Positions 56,112 to 64,000 of a stretch of 64,000 nt of DNA are shown here, piece by piece. The position numbers were made by a program, and so were the translations under genes. The stretch covers positions 1 to 64,000 of the forward strand of contig JAGMCR010000001.1 of the NCBI GenBank assembly GCA_023129115.1, given 5' to 3'. Under the pieces are notes generated by a model. It searched no databases. It saw nothing but the letters and a program-made list of their open reading frames with translations, and was not told where the DNA came from. This stretch comes from Candidatus Iainarchaeum sp. (GTDB lineage Archaea; B1Sed10-29; WALL01). Within the stretch, counting starts at the first letter, position 1. Each line of letters opens with the position of its first letter.

Positions 56112-57772
56112 TTCTTTCCCCGGCCCTTCAGCAGCTTGACGGCCGCCGCCCTGTCCTTCCTGAACAGGTTTATCCAGTGCGTGAAGTCGGCGAAGCCCAC
56201 GTTCTTTTCCATCATGAGCTCGAGGTACTGCTTCCTCTTGTGCAGCTCTTCCGCAATGTTCCTCTTTTTCTTCTTTTTCTTTTCCCGGGTCCGGTAAATG
56301 TCGACCAGCTGCGACGTCCCGGCCTTGCTGAGCTTTTGCAGCATTATGCTGCTCCCCGTGTACTCCGCCGTGTCGTCGCCCGGGTTCCACCTGAACACGA
56401 TGTTGTAGTCGCCCCTCGTCGCCGTGTAAATCTCCGCGACCTCCCTCACGCGCCTCGCGTTGGGCGCGATGCTCGGCGCCTGTTCCATCACTATCACTAT
56501 ATCGACGAGGCTGATGAGCTCTTTCTGCAGGCTAATCGGCGGGCTCGTCAGCCTGTCCACAATCGTCTCCACGGACTCCGCGTGAATCGTGCCCATGGAG
56601 TAGTGGCCCGACGCCATGCCCTGGAACAAGACGTTCGCCTCTTCCCCACGGACTTCGCCTACAATCACGTAGTCCGGCCTCTGCCTGAACGACGCCTTCA
56701 GCAAATCGAACATCGTGACCTCTCCCGTCAACCCCCCGGTGCCCAGTGCAGGCCTCGAAATGCTCTGTATCCAGTTGTCCCTCATCAAGTTTAATTCCGC
56801 GGTGTCCTCGATGCTCACGACCTTGAGGTTCTGTGGGATGAACAGGCTGAGGGCGTTCATCGTCGCGGTCTTCCCGCTCGCAGTCCCGCCCGCGAGAATC
56901 AGGTTCACGCCGGCCTCAATCGTCAGCCAGAAATAAGCCATTTCCTGGCTGCTGAACGTCCCGAGCCTCACGAGGTCCAGCGGAGTGAACGGCACTTCCC
57001 TGAACTTCCTTATCGTGAACGTCGGGCCCTTCAGCGTCACGCCAGCGCCGAACGTCGCGTTCACCCTGCTCCCGTCCGGCAGCGTCCCGTCCAGCAATGG
57101 GTTGCCGTACGAAATGAACCGCCTGCACTTCTGCGACAGCTTTATCGTGAAGGACTCGAGGGCTGCCTTGGTCTCGAACATGATGTTCGTCACTATGGAC
57201 CCGTGCTCCCGGTGGCGCACGTACAGCGGCACCTGTATGCCGTCGCAAGAAATGTCTTCTATGTTCGGGTCGTGCATGATTGGCTCAATCTCGTTGAGGC
57301 CGAGGAAGTCCCTCTCGAGATAGTAGTCCAGCACTTGCCTCTCCTTTTCGCCCACCTTCATGCCGTAGACCTTGATGGCGTCGTCCATCGCGTTCCTCAT
57401 GAACTTGTGCTGCTCCACCCGGCCGGAACGCAGCGTCGCGTCCATGACCTCGACGACCCTCGCCCTTATCCGGTTGTACTTTTCCTCGTCCTTTGGCGGC
57501 TCGAGCACTTCGTACAGGTACTCCCCCGCCTTGTGCGTTATCCGCACCCGTGCGTACTTCTCGCCCACAGGATACTCGTCAACCACGCCCTCGGGCACGG
57601 CCTCCGGCTTCCCGAGCCCGCTCTTCCGTGGCGACTTCAGGCGGATTGCCGTGGCTTTCTTGAGAGTAATCCCCTTTTTCTTGCCTTTCGCTGTCTTGCC
57701 CCTCTTTCTGAGGGACTCGCGCTGCTCCCTCAGCGCCTCAAGGCTTTTCTCGAGCTCACTTTCAGTTGGCAC
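56108..57772 (-). CDS. Type II/IV secretion ATPase (PilB/ArlI/TadA/VirB11 family)
   Basis: DPNIEDISCDG, GGTASGKT, SIEDTAEL, RQRPDYVIVGEVRGEEA, GH..GTIHA. Confidence 0.96.
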   Translation of the reverse strand: MPTESELEKSLEALREQRESLRKRGKTAKGKKKGITLKKATAIRLKSPRKSGLGKPEAVPEGVVDEYPVGEKYARVRITHKAGEYLYEVLEPPKDEEKYNRIRARVVEVMDATLRSGRVEQHKFMRNAMDDAIKVYGMKVGEKERQVLDYYLERDFLGLNEIEPIMHDPNIEDISCDGIQVPLYVRHREHGSIVTNIMFETKAALESFTIKLSQKCRRFISYGNPLLDGTLPDGSRVNATFGAGVTLKGPTFTIRKFREVPFTPLDLVRLGTFSSQEMAYFWLTIEAGVNLILAGGTASGKTATMNALSLFIPQNLKVVSIEDTAELNLMRDNWIQSISRPALGTGGLTGEVTMFDLLKASFRQRPDYVIVGEVRGEEANVLFQGMASGHYSMGTIHAESVETIVDRLTSPPISLQKELISLVDIVIVMEQAPSIAPNARRVREVAEIYTATRGDYNIVFRWNPGDDTAEYTGSSIMLQKLSKAGTSQLVDIYRTREKKKKKKRNIAEELHKRKQYLELMMEKNVGFADFTHWINLFRKDRAAAVKLLKGRGKK

Positions 57773-57844
57773 TCTCTGCTCACTTCCCGCACAAAGCAAG
57801 GGCTACGGCATATTTATATATAACTCCGGTGAGTTACCCCCCTG

Positions 57845-58654
57845 ATGCGAAAAGGCCAGGCCAACATCGTGGGCTATGTCATGCTGCTCGCCATAGGCGC
57901 AATCCTGGGCGTGGCCCTGTTCTACATGTTCGCGAGCACTTCCAGCGAGATAGGCACAATCATGCACACGCAGTCGCGGCAGCAGGCCAGGGTAATCTCG
58001 TCCTCGCTCAGCCTCTACGCGCCCGGCGCAGTGCGGGAGGGAATCCCCTACCGCGCAGTGGTCCAGAACACGGGCCACTCCACAATCACGGGCCTGTCCG
58101 CGTTCATCAAGTCCGGTGAAGTAGAGACATCCCTCACCGTGACCGACCTCGGCGGCAGCCCAATATCCTCCCTCCTTAAGGACAGGGTAGGCCTCGTCAC
58201 CGTGGCGCCTCCTCCGCAGCAGGGCGACCTGCTCGTCGTCGGCGGCAAAGAGACGTACGCCTTCAAGTCGTTCGACACGGCGCCCAAGCGCGTCAAGCAA
58301 GTGGTGTGCGGCGGCCCGGAATTGAGCGCAGTGGACGGCTCGGGCATCACGATTTATTCCAACACGTGCGGGGCGAACAACACGTTCACCTGCAACCTGA
58401 CCGTGGACCCTGACTCCTTGTACGTCGTGGCGTGGGCCAAGAGCCAGGGCGGCTATTCTTACTTCATTGTCACGGACGGCGGCAACTTTTCTGTCCTGGA
58501 CTCTGTCTCTAGCGACGGCGACGAAGGCGTTTACTACGCAGGCGACGCCGCGACGCCGGGCAACGAGCTTGACGTCTGTATCCAGAAAACAGTGGGCGGC
58601 TACCTGTTCCTCGACTACTTGATTGCCGTGCCGCTGTATACCCCGGAGGTGTGA
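57845..58654 (+). CDS. Class III signal peptide (pilin-like) protein
   Basis: MRKGQ + hydrophobic helix; V.NTG motif; divergent from the ATPase. Confidence 0.85.
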   Translation: MRKGQANIVGYVMLLAIGAILGVALFYMFASTSSEIGTIMHTQSRQQARVISSSLSLYAPGAVREGIPYRAVVQNTGHSTITGLSAFIKSGEVETSLTVTDLGGSPISSLLKDRVGLVTVAPPPQQGDLLVVGGKETYAFKSFDTAPKRVKQVVCGGPELSAVDGSGITIYSNTCGANNTFTCNLTVDPDSLYVVAWAKSQGGYSYFIVTDGGNFSVLDSVSSDGDEGVYYAGDAATPGNELDVCIQKTVGGYLFLDYLIAVPLYTPEV

Positions 58655-58660
58655 TGCGCA

Positions 58661-59509
58661 ATGAAGAAAGGGCAAAGCGAAATCGTGTTCCCGATTCTGA
58701 TTGGCATCCTCGTTGTCTTCGTGCTCATGGTGACGCAGTCCATTTCGACGCAAGCGCTTTCCTTTTCCGAGGCACAGTCCTACGCCGTGCTGGAGCAAAG
58801 GGCCGCGTCTGACGCCGACTTCGAGCTCTTCCAGCCCCCGACGCCGCTGGACAGTGACGGCGTAGTGCGCAACTCGGGCGCGATTCCCCTGAGCAACGTC
58901 GAGGTGACGGTGGCCTCGTCGGGCCTGGACACGACTTTGGTATCGCCCATGCTGTCCCAGCTCGAGAACGCGAACTTCACTGCCGACGTCGAGTACGGCG
59001 ACCTCGTGATTGTCTCGAGCACCGAGGGCTTCCGCGTCTTCCCCGTCATCCCCGAGCCGCAGCGCATCGAGGGCGCGACGGCAGAGGTCGCGGAGGCGGC
59101 GCTGCTGTTGGTCAAGACCGCGGTGACCACGCGCTCGTTCATCGGCGGAAACGAGACCGCCGAATTGAACAACGCGCTCCTGACACAGGGCGGCACCAAC
59201 TACACCCTTTCCTCGAACGACATAACGAAGGGCGTGGAAATCCAGTTCGACACGAACCCGTGCCTCACGATTGGCGCGGTCCTGGACATGCGCGTGCTGA
59301 CAGACGAGGCCGTTACCATCCGCACGTTCAACGGATACGAGTACGTGGACGGGTTCATTTGCTATTTCCCGCCCGAGGCCTGCAAGACCACGGACCTGTC
59401 GGGCGTGATGCAGCAGGACGCCAATGGCACGTTCAAAATTTTGATTGGCCACCCGAATGAGGCGCCGATAACGATTGACTACGCGGCGCTTGACCTGCGG
59501 TGCACCTAG
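58661..59509 (+). CDS. Class III signal peptide (pilin-like) protein
   Basis: MKKGQSE + hydrophobic helix; VRNSG motif. Confidence 0.85.
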   Translation: MKKGQSEIVFPILIGILVVFVLMVTQSISTQALSFSEAQSYAVLEQRAASDADFELFQPPTPLDSDGVVRNSGAIPLSNVEVTVASSGLDTTLVSPMLSQLENANFTADVEYGDLVIVSSTEGFRVFPVIPEPQRIEGATAEVAEAALLLVKTAVTTRSFIGGNETAELNNALLTQGGTNYTLSSNDITKGVEIQFDTNPCLTIGAVLDMRVLTDEAVTIRTFNGYEYVDGFICYFPPEACKTTDLSGVMQQDANGTFKILIGHPNEAPITIDYAALDLRCT

Positions 59510-60234
59510 ACAAACATTTCTTCTTCGGGGTAGACGTCGATTCCGCCGCGTGTTATCTTGTATTCCCTTAGCACGCGGTCTATTTTTGAGCCCCGCTGCT
59601 TGATGACGCGCACGCCCCTGCGGAGGCGGCGCTTCTTGTCCTCGATTTCGGTGAGCTCTATCAGCCCGTCGGCGAGGAAGTCCTCGAAGCCGAATGGGGC
59701 GTTGCCGCTGGCGTTTTCTGTGAGGTAGACAGTGGTCAGGCCCTTGCTCTTGGTGAAGTTGAACACGCGGTCGAGCTCGTGCCTCATCTCGTTGGGGTTG
59801 CTGTAGTTGTACGTGAGCGTGGACACGGAGTCGATGACGAGGCGCGTGTACTGTGTCTTGCCGCGGAGGAAAAAGTTCACTGCCTCGACGAGGTCCTTGG
59901 GCTGGAGCGCTTTTTTGCCCCCGCCTTTCTTGCGGAACGAGGCCTCGGAGAACTGCGAGAGCAATAGCTTGTCCGGGTCTTTCGCGAGCTCGGCAATCTT
60001 GAAGTCAGAGCCATCGAACTCGGCGACGACGTTGCCGATTTCCTGGCTTGTCGAGAGGTAGATGCCGGGCTCGCTGTATTTTTTCACGCCGTTGATGAGG
60101 TACTGCATGCCGAGCGTTGTTTTGCCTGTCCCTGGCGTGCCCTTGACTATGATGTTGCTCCCCGGCACGATGCCGCCGCCCAGCAGCTTGTCCAGCCCTG
60201 TAATGCCTGTCCTAATGCGCTCCATGCCCTTCAA
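59506..60234 (-). CDS. KaiC/RAD55-like single-domain ATPase
   Basis: RIRTGITGLD..LGGG, GTPGTGKT, RLVIDS, ADGLI, VIKQRGS. Confidence 0.93.
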   Translation of the reverse strand: MKGMERIRTGITGLDKLLGGGIVPGSNIIVKGTPGTGKTTLGMQYLINGVKKYSEPGIYLSTSQEIGNVVAEFDGSDFKIAELAKDPDKLLLSQFSEASFRKKGGGKKALQPKDLVEAVNFFLRGKTQYTRLVIDSVSTLTYNYSNPNEMRHELDRVFNFTKSKGLTTVYLTENASGNAPFGFEDFLADGLIELTEIEDKKRRLRRGVRVIKQRGSKIDRVLREYKITRGGIDVYPEEEMFV

Positions 60235-60315
60235 GACACGCCCCGTGTTTTTATTGCTTTGCGTGGCACCGGCTCTGTTTTAATAGTGCCCGGCTATCGC
60301 TTCGCCAGAGGAGGG

Positions 60316-60468
60316 TCAGAGCTGCTTCTTCAGGCGGGCGAGGTCGTACTCCAGGTCCCCCCGCTTCTTCTTGTCCATGATGGGCATGCGGAGGTCCTGT
60401 TCTATTCTGGCAATCTTTTCCTTGAGCCCCTTGGCCCTTGCGTGCGCTTGTTTCTTGCTAATTCCCAT
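60316..60468 (-). CDS. Small basic helical protein (50 aa)
   Basis: MGISKKQAHARAKGLKEKIARIEQDL...; upstream AACGTTTATAT promoter-like sequence. Confidence 0.55.
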   Translation of the reverse strand: MGISKKQAHARAKGLKEKIARIEQDLRMPIMDKKKRGDLEYDLARLKKQL

Positions 60469-60526
60469 TTGAAACCCCTGCTTATACGGGTGCGGCGCGG
60501 GAATATAAACGTTCATGGCTCGGAAG

Positions 60527-62011
60527 CTATTTCTTTTGCCGGGGCTTTGCCTTGGCTTTCTTTTTGAGGTGATAGTCATAGCCAAACAAAGCCAGCGCCA
60601 GTGCAACAACAGCCCAGCCGAACACATCCCCGTATTTGGTGTAAAAAGTTCTCTTGTTGGTGAAGGAAACCTTTCCAGCGACTATTTCTGGTTCTGGGGC
60701 CGTGTCCTGTATTATTCGACCATAGGGGTCAATTATTATGGAACCACTGGACCCAAAGAAAAGGGCTGTGTACACCCTGTGCTCAACAGCCCTGTAAACT
60801 GCGTTACCGCCAATTAGTCCCTGGAAAGCGCCAATAACCGGCCTGTCACATGAAGTTACAATTATGAATTGTGTGCCGTCCTCAATCAGCTGCCTTGCCG
60901 GGATTGTTGATGCGGATTCTATGCACAGAAGAATGCCGAGCCTCCCAAGCTTTGTATCGTAGCCATGGGTTCTTGGCAATATCTTGCTAAGGTCAAATGG
61001 GACAAAGCCGTCAATTATCCCGGCAGGAAATGCATTTAAAAAAGGAGCCTCATGGCGTTCAGTTTTGCCATCAGGATACACTAAATCTTCTGAATTCGTC
61101 AAGTAAATATTATGCTCTTTGCTGAAATTCACATACTGGGTCGTGTAAGGGCCTACTGTTTCAAATGGCTCATAATTCATCCAATCCGACCACAATATTA
61201 TTTCTGGGTTATATTTCAATGAATTTTTTGTTAAATTAAAATAGAGTTCATTGACATATTCTGTTTCCATCACTTTTGGCTGTGCCTGGATAATAATTAC
61301 AGTGGTATCGCCAGCACTGAGTTCCGGGATGCTAACTAAACCATAAGCAAATATTGCCCCAAATATAAAGAGGACTGCAATCGCTTGCTTGGATATCTTC
61401 TTTGTTTCCTTGTAATGAATTACCATATACGCGAGAGCGCAGTTGACAAGCAGGATTAGAAAAGTAACTCCGTACATGCCTGTGAATGACGCCAACTGCA
61501 GGATAGGAGTATTCATCCACTGCGTTCTTGACAGCGAGACAAATCCAATCCCCCCACCAATTTTCATAATTGCTGGCAGATTCATTAAGAGAAACTCCAC
61601 TGCTGTCCCAACAATCGGTATAATGAGGACCTGCAGTGTGGAGGGGAGGTAAGCCAGTTCTTTACGGGGCAGTTGCTTGGGCTTCCAATAATCCTCAACA
61701 TGCCACGTGACATAAAATGTCGTCAAGAGAGCCAGGATTATGCCTAATGGCCAAGCGATAATAGAAGGCAAAAAAACATCAAATTCGTTATAGAGCCAAA
61801 TAAATACTGGTGCGAGAAAAATACCTGTAATACACAGCAGCCTGTCCATTCTTTTTACCTTTGTCTCATTGTAAATGGCAACAATCAAAGGCACCAGCGC
61901 GAACCACGCCAAAAAGCTCCCGAAGTTAAAAGGCGGGTAGCTAAGCAAAAGCAAAATCCCGGACAATGCCGCCAGCCCATAGCCTGTTTTATTATTGAGC
62001 ATGTTATTCAT
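60527..62011 (-). CDS. Apolipoprotein N-acyltransferase (Lnt)-like protein; AT-rich, probably acquired
   Basis: LSYPP...LAWFALVPL, QLASFTGMYGVTF, IIQ, LLCIES, YRAVEH, GSIIIDPYGRI, TFYTKYGD. Confidence 0.85.
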   Translation of the reverse strand: MNNMLNNKTGYGLAALSGILLLLSYPPFNFGSFLAWFALVPLIVAIYNETKVKRMDRLLCITGIFLAPVFIWLYNEFDVFLPSIIAWPLGIILALLTTFYVTWHVEDYWKPKQLPRKELAYLPSTLQVLIIPIVGTAVEFLLMNLPAIMKIGGGIGFVSLSRTQWMNTPILQLASFTGMYGVTFLILLVNCALAYMVIHYKETKKISKQAIAVLFIFGAIFAYGLVSIPELSAGDTTVIIIQAQPKVMETEYVNELYFNLTKNSLKYNPEIILWSDWMNYEPFETVGPYTTQYVNFSKEHNIYLTNSEDLVYPDGKTERHEAPFLNAFPAGIIDGFVPFDLSKILPRTHGYDTKLGRLGILLCIESASTIPARQLIEDGTQFIIVTSCDRPVIGAFQGLIGGNAVYRAVEHRVYTALFFGSSGSIIIDPYGRIIQDTAPEPEIVAGKVSFTNKRTFYTKYGDVFGWAVVALALALFGYDYHLKKKAKAKPRQKK

Positions 62012-62066
62012 GGCTATAATTACCCCCCAGATTATTAAGCTTTGCTTTGGGCATCTAAGCAAAGTC

Positions 62067-62282
62067 TGGCCCAGAAGCGGCTGAAACTCAGCCCAGACCT
62101 GAGCTGGCGAGGTCGACTAAAGCGGGGGCATAAAGCCCCCGCAAATAGGCATTTTTCCATCAACGCTTTTCCACCGAGCGAGCGCTAGCGAGTAACAGAA
62201 AAAGGGTTGCTTGGAACTCAGCCGGCACGTTAGGCTTGGGAATCTAAAGATTCCCAGAGACAGTTAATTGGCCCAGAAGCTA
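62067..62282. repeat. Hairpin cassette bounded by 12-bp DR TGGCCCAGAAGC, sharing blocks with the 39 kb mosaic
   Basis: DR 62067-62078 / 62269-62280; GACTAAAGCGGGG..TAAAGCCCC..AATAGGC and CGCTTTTCCACCGAGCGAGCG...GTAACAGAAAAAGGGT shared with 39069-39198. Confidence 0.85.
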
Positions 62283-62320
62283 CTCCCCCCAAGCCGTAAT
62301 AGGAGCGATTGCCTGATTAT

Positions 62321-62575
62321 TCAATATGCTTTATCATGATGGTCTACTGAGATTATCTTAACAATGTCATCTCTTATTGTGTAGACAAGTACAAAGCTTC
62401 CAAAGTGCACTCGCAGGTATCCAGCCAGGTCTTGCTTTAGTGGCTTGTAGTGTTCCGGATGCTCGATAATCTCAATCAGCTTTTTTTGTATTTGCTTGAA
62501 GAGAGGCCGATTTTTTTTCTTCAGCTTTTTCATTGACTTATCGAATTGCTTGCTGAACTTGATTTTGTACTGCAC
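62321..62575 (-). CDS. relE: RelE/ParE-family (YafQ-like) toxin
   Basis: YKIKFSKQFDK, YKPLKQDLAG..RVHFGSFVLVY, HHDKAY. Confidence 0.9.
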   Translation of the reverse strand: MQYKIKFSKQFDKSMKKLKKKNRPLFKQIQKKLIEIIEHPEHYKPLKQDLAGYLRVHFGSFVLVYTIRDDIVKIISVDHHDKAY

Positions 62576-62806
62576 CTAAAGGCCTTCCAGGTACGCAATC
62601 GCTTCCTTTTTGCTCATGGCCCGGGCTTCCCCGTCTAGCTGCGCCTCTATCTGTTCGTATCTGGCGATTCTCTTTGCCATGATTTTCTTCCGTATTTCGT
62701 CCAGGATGAACTCCTGCACGTTCTTGTACCCGTATTCCTGAGAGTATTCCTTGGACGCTTTAAAGAGATTTGCAGGCATTGTAACACTAATTTGCTTCAG
62801 GGCCAT
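62576..62806 (-). CDS. Ribbon-helix-helix antitoxin
   Basis: KQISVTMP...YGYKNVQEFI..IR; immediately upstream of the toxin. Confidence 0.85.
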   Translation of the reverse strand: MALKQISVTMPANLFKASKEYSQEYGYKNVQEFILDEIRKKIMAKRIARYEQIEAQLDGEARAMSKKEAIAYLEGL

Positions 62807-62885
62807 TGAATTCACCCACATACTTTTGCGTACGTTTAAGTATTTAAACTCATTGGCCCGAGAAGCGGCTCTTTTCCCCTGGCGG

Positions 62886-64000
62886 TTACGCGCCCAGCAT
62901 CTCTTTCTTTAGCTCGGCGAGGGCGTGTTGGCTGCCGTGGTACCTGTAGTCCTTTTTGAGGATGTCGTCCATCCAGTACGCGTCGCCCTCGTACGTGAAC
63001 TGCATCAGCTCGCCGATGACCCGCTTGTTCTTCGCCGAAATGAACTTGAGGAAGGCGTGGCGCTTGCCGCCGGAAGAAAACACGCGCACTATCTCGATTT
63101 TCCCTGCCTTGGTGCTCATGGCGTACCTCGCGGTCTTGGGGATGCCCCTCATTTCGCGCTTGGCGTCCTCGAACAGCTGGGACCCCTCCACAAGGGGGAC
63201 GTGGAAGTGCGTGGCGCCACGGACGGGCCTGCACTGGAACAGGTAGTACGGCGTTATGCCGACCTCAACCATTCTTTCGAACAGCTCTTGGAGCGTTTTT
63301 GGGTCGTCGTTGATTCCCCTCAGCATGACGGCCTGGTTGTAGACCCGTACCCCGCTTTTGAGCAACGTGTCCACTGCCTCGATTGTCTGGGGCGAGAGCT
63401 CGCGTGGGTGGTCGAAGTGGGCGATGACATAGATTTTTTTGTCTGGTGTGGAGTGCTTCGCGAGTATCTCCACCAGCCCGGGGTCGGTGGTGATTCTGGA
63501 CGGCAGGTAAGTGAGCACGCGCGTGCCCAGCCGGATTAGTTTTACGTGGGGTATTTCCCGGAGCTCTGCCAGCATCTCGTCTATCTTTTGGTTGCTGAGC
63601 GTGAGGGGGTCTCCGCCGCTCAGCAGGACGTTGTCCATTTCGGGGTGTGCCTTGACGTACTCGACTACTTCGGCGAAGTCATCGATTGCCTCCGCGTCTT
63701 TTTTGCCGACGTTCCTCCGCCTGAAGCAGTACCTGCAGTAGGACGCGCACGTGTCTGTTGTCTGGACGAGGGCGGTCGGCTCGTACTTGTGCTGGAGGCC
63801 CTTGAGCTTGGTGTTGCATTTTTCGCCGCTGGTGTCGGAATAGCCTTCTTCCGAGAACTCTTCTTTCGTGGGAAAAACCATCCGCAGGAGCGGGTCGGCG
63901 GGGTCGCTCCAGTCAATGAGGCCCGCGAAGTGCGGGGTTATCCTTATGGGGTAAAGCGCGTCAAGCGCTTCAATGTTTCCCTGTGTTACCCCAAGGGCTT
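62886..64000 (-). CDS. kamA: KamA family radical SAM protein (lysine 2,3-aminomutase-like); 5' end beyond window
   Basis: GLQHKY, CASYCRYCFRR, LLSGGDPL, HFDHPRE, NQAVMLRGIND, PYYLFQC; frame open to window end. Confidence 0.9.
   Translation of the reverse strand, partial: ALGVTQGNIEALDALYPIRITPHFAGLIDWSDPADPLLRMVFPTKEEFSEEGYSDTSGEKCNTKLKGLQHKYEPTALVQTTDTCASYCRYCFRRRNVGKKDAEAIDDFAEVVEYVKAHPEMDNVLLSGGDPLTLSNQKIDEMLAELREIPHVKLIRLGTRVLTYLPSRITTDPGLVEILAKHSTPDKKIYVIAHFDHPRELSPQTIEAVDTLLKSGVRVYNQAVMLRGINDDPKTLQELFERMVEVGITPYYLFQCRPVRGATHFHVPLVEGSQLFEDAKREMRGIPKTARYAMSTKAGKIEIVRVFSSGGKRHAFLKFISAKNKRVIGELMQFTYEGDAYWMDDILKKDYRYHGSQHALAELKKEMLGA

Noticed and set aside
57803-59452. 549-aa minus-strand ORF, and similar long ORFs at 40378-41685, 54447-55613, 32800-33897 and 29728-30720
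   Set aside because: Antisense shadows of well-supported genes, expected with GC-rich third codon positions; no recognisable motifs.
59506-60234. Circadian clock KaiC or archaellum operon
   Set aside because: Single-domain KaiC-like ATPase without kaiA/kaiB; no archaellin or arlF/arlG genes, so a type IV pilus-like locus is the simpler call.

Overview
Archaeal chromosomal window. Archaeal markers are a thermosome subunit, PriS, archaeal RibC, phosphopantothenate synthetase, Thi4, class III pilin signals and BRE/TATA promoters. The compact genes and lineage-type hypotheticals suggest a DPANN archaeon such as Micrarchaeota, but that is inference. Contents: riboflavin/CoA genes, cation transporters, a dispersed sulfur/cysteine region (thiI, thi4, cysK, tRNA-Cys, cysS, ferredoxins, iscS-iscU-sufS, ttuA), surface proteins, thermosome, an MscS/C39-peptidase + RimK + aspartic protease module, a type IV pilus-like locus with a KaiC-type ATPase, an Lnt-like gene, two toxin-antitoxin pairs and a partial KamA. 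I saw no rRNA, CRISPR array, transposase or integrase. Main unexpected signals: (1) a probably leaderless uORF, MLMQGLACCCCC*, upstream of cysK, with four mutually exclusive pairing segments that can hide the cysK start, i.e. a candidate cysteine-sensing ribosome-stalling attenuator in an archaeon; (2) a two-repeat TBP-fold protein with a lipoprotein signal peptide; (3) several gene or hairpin cassettes bounded by 12-35 bp direct repeats with no recombinase nearby; (4) unrelated orphan proteins sharing an MPxxKKRRKxRVLK N-terminus. All protein assignments come from motif recognition by eye, not database searches.
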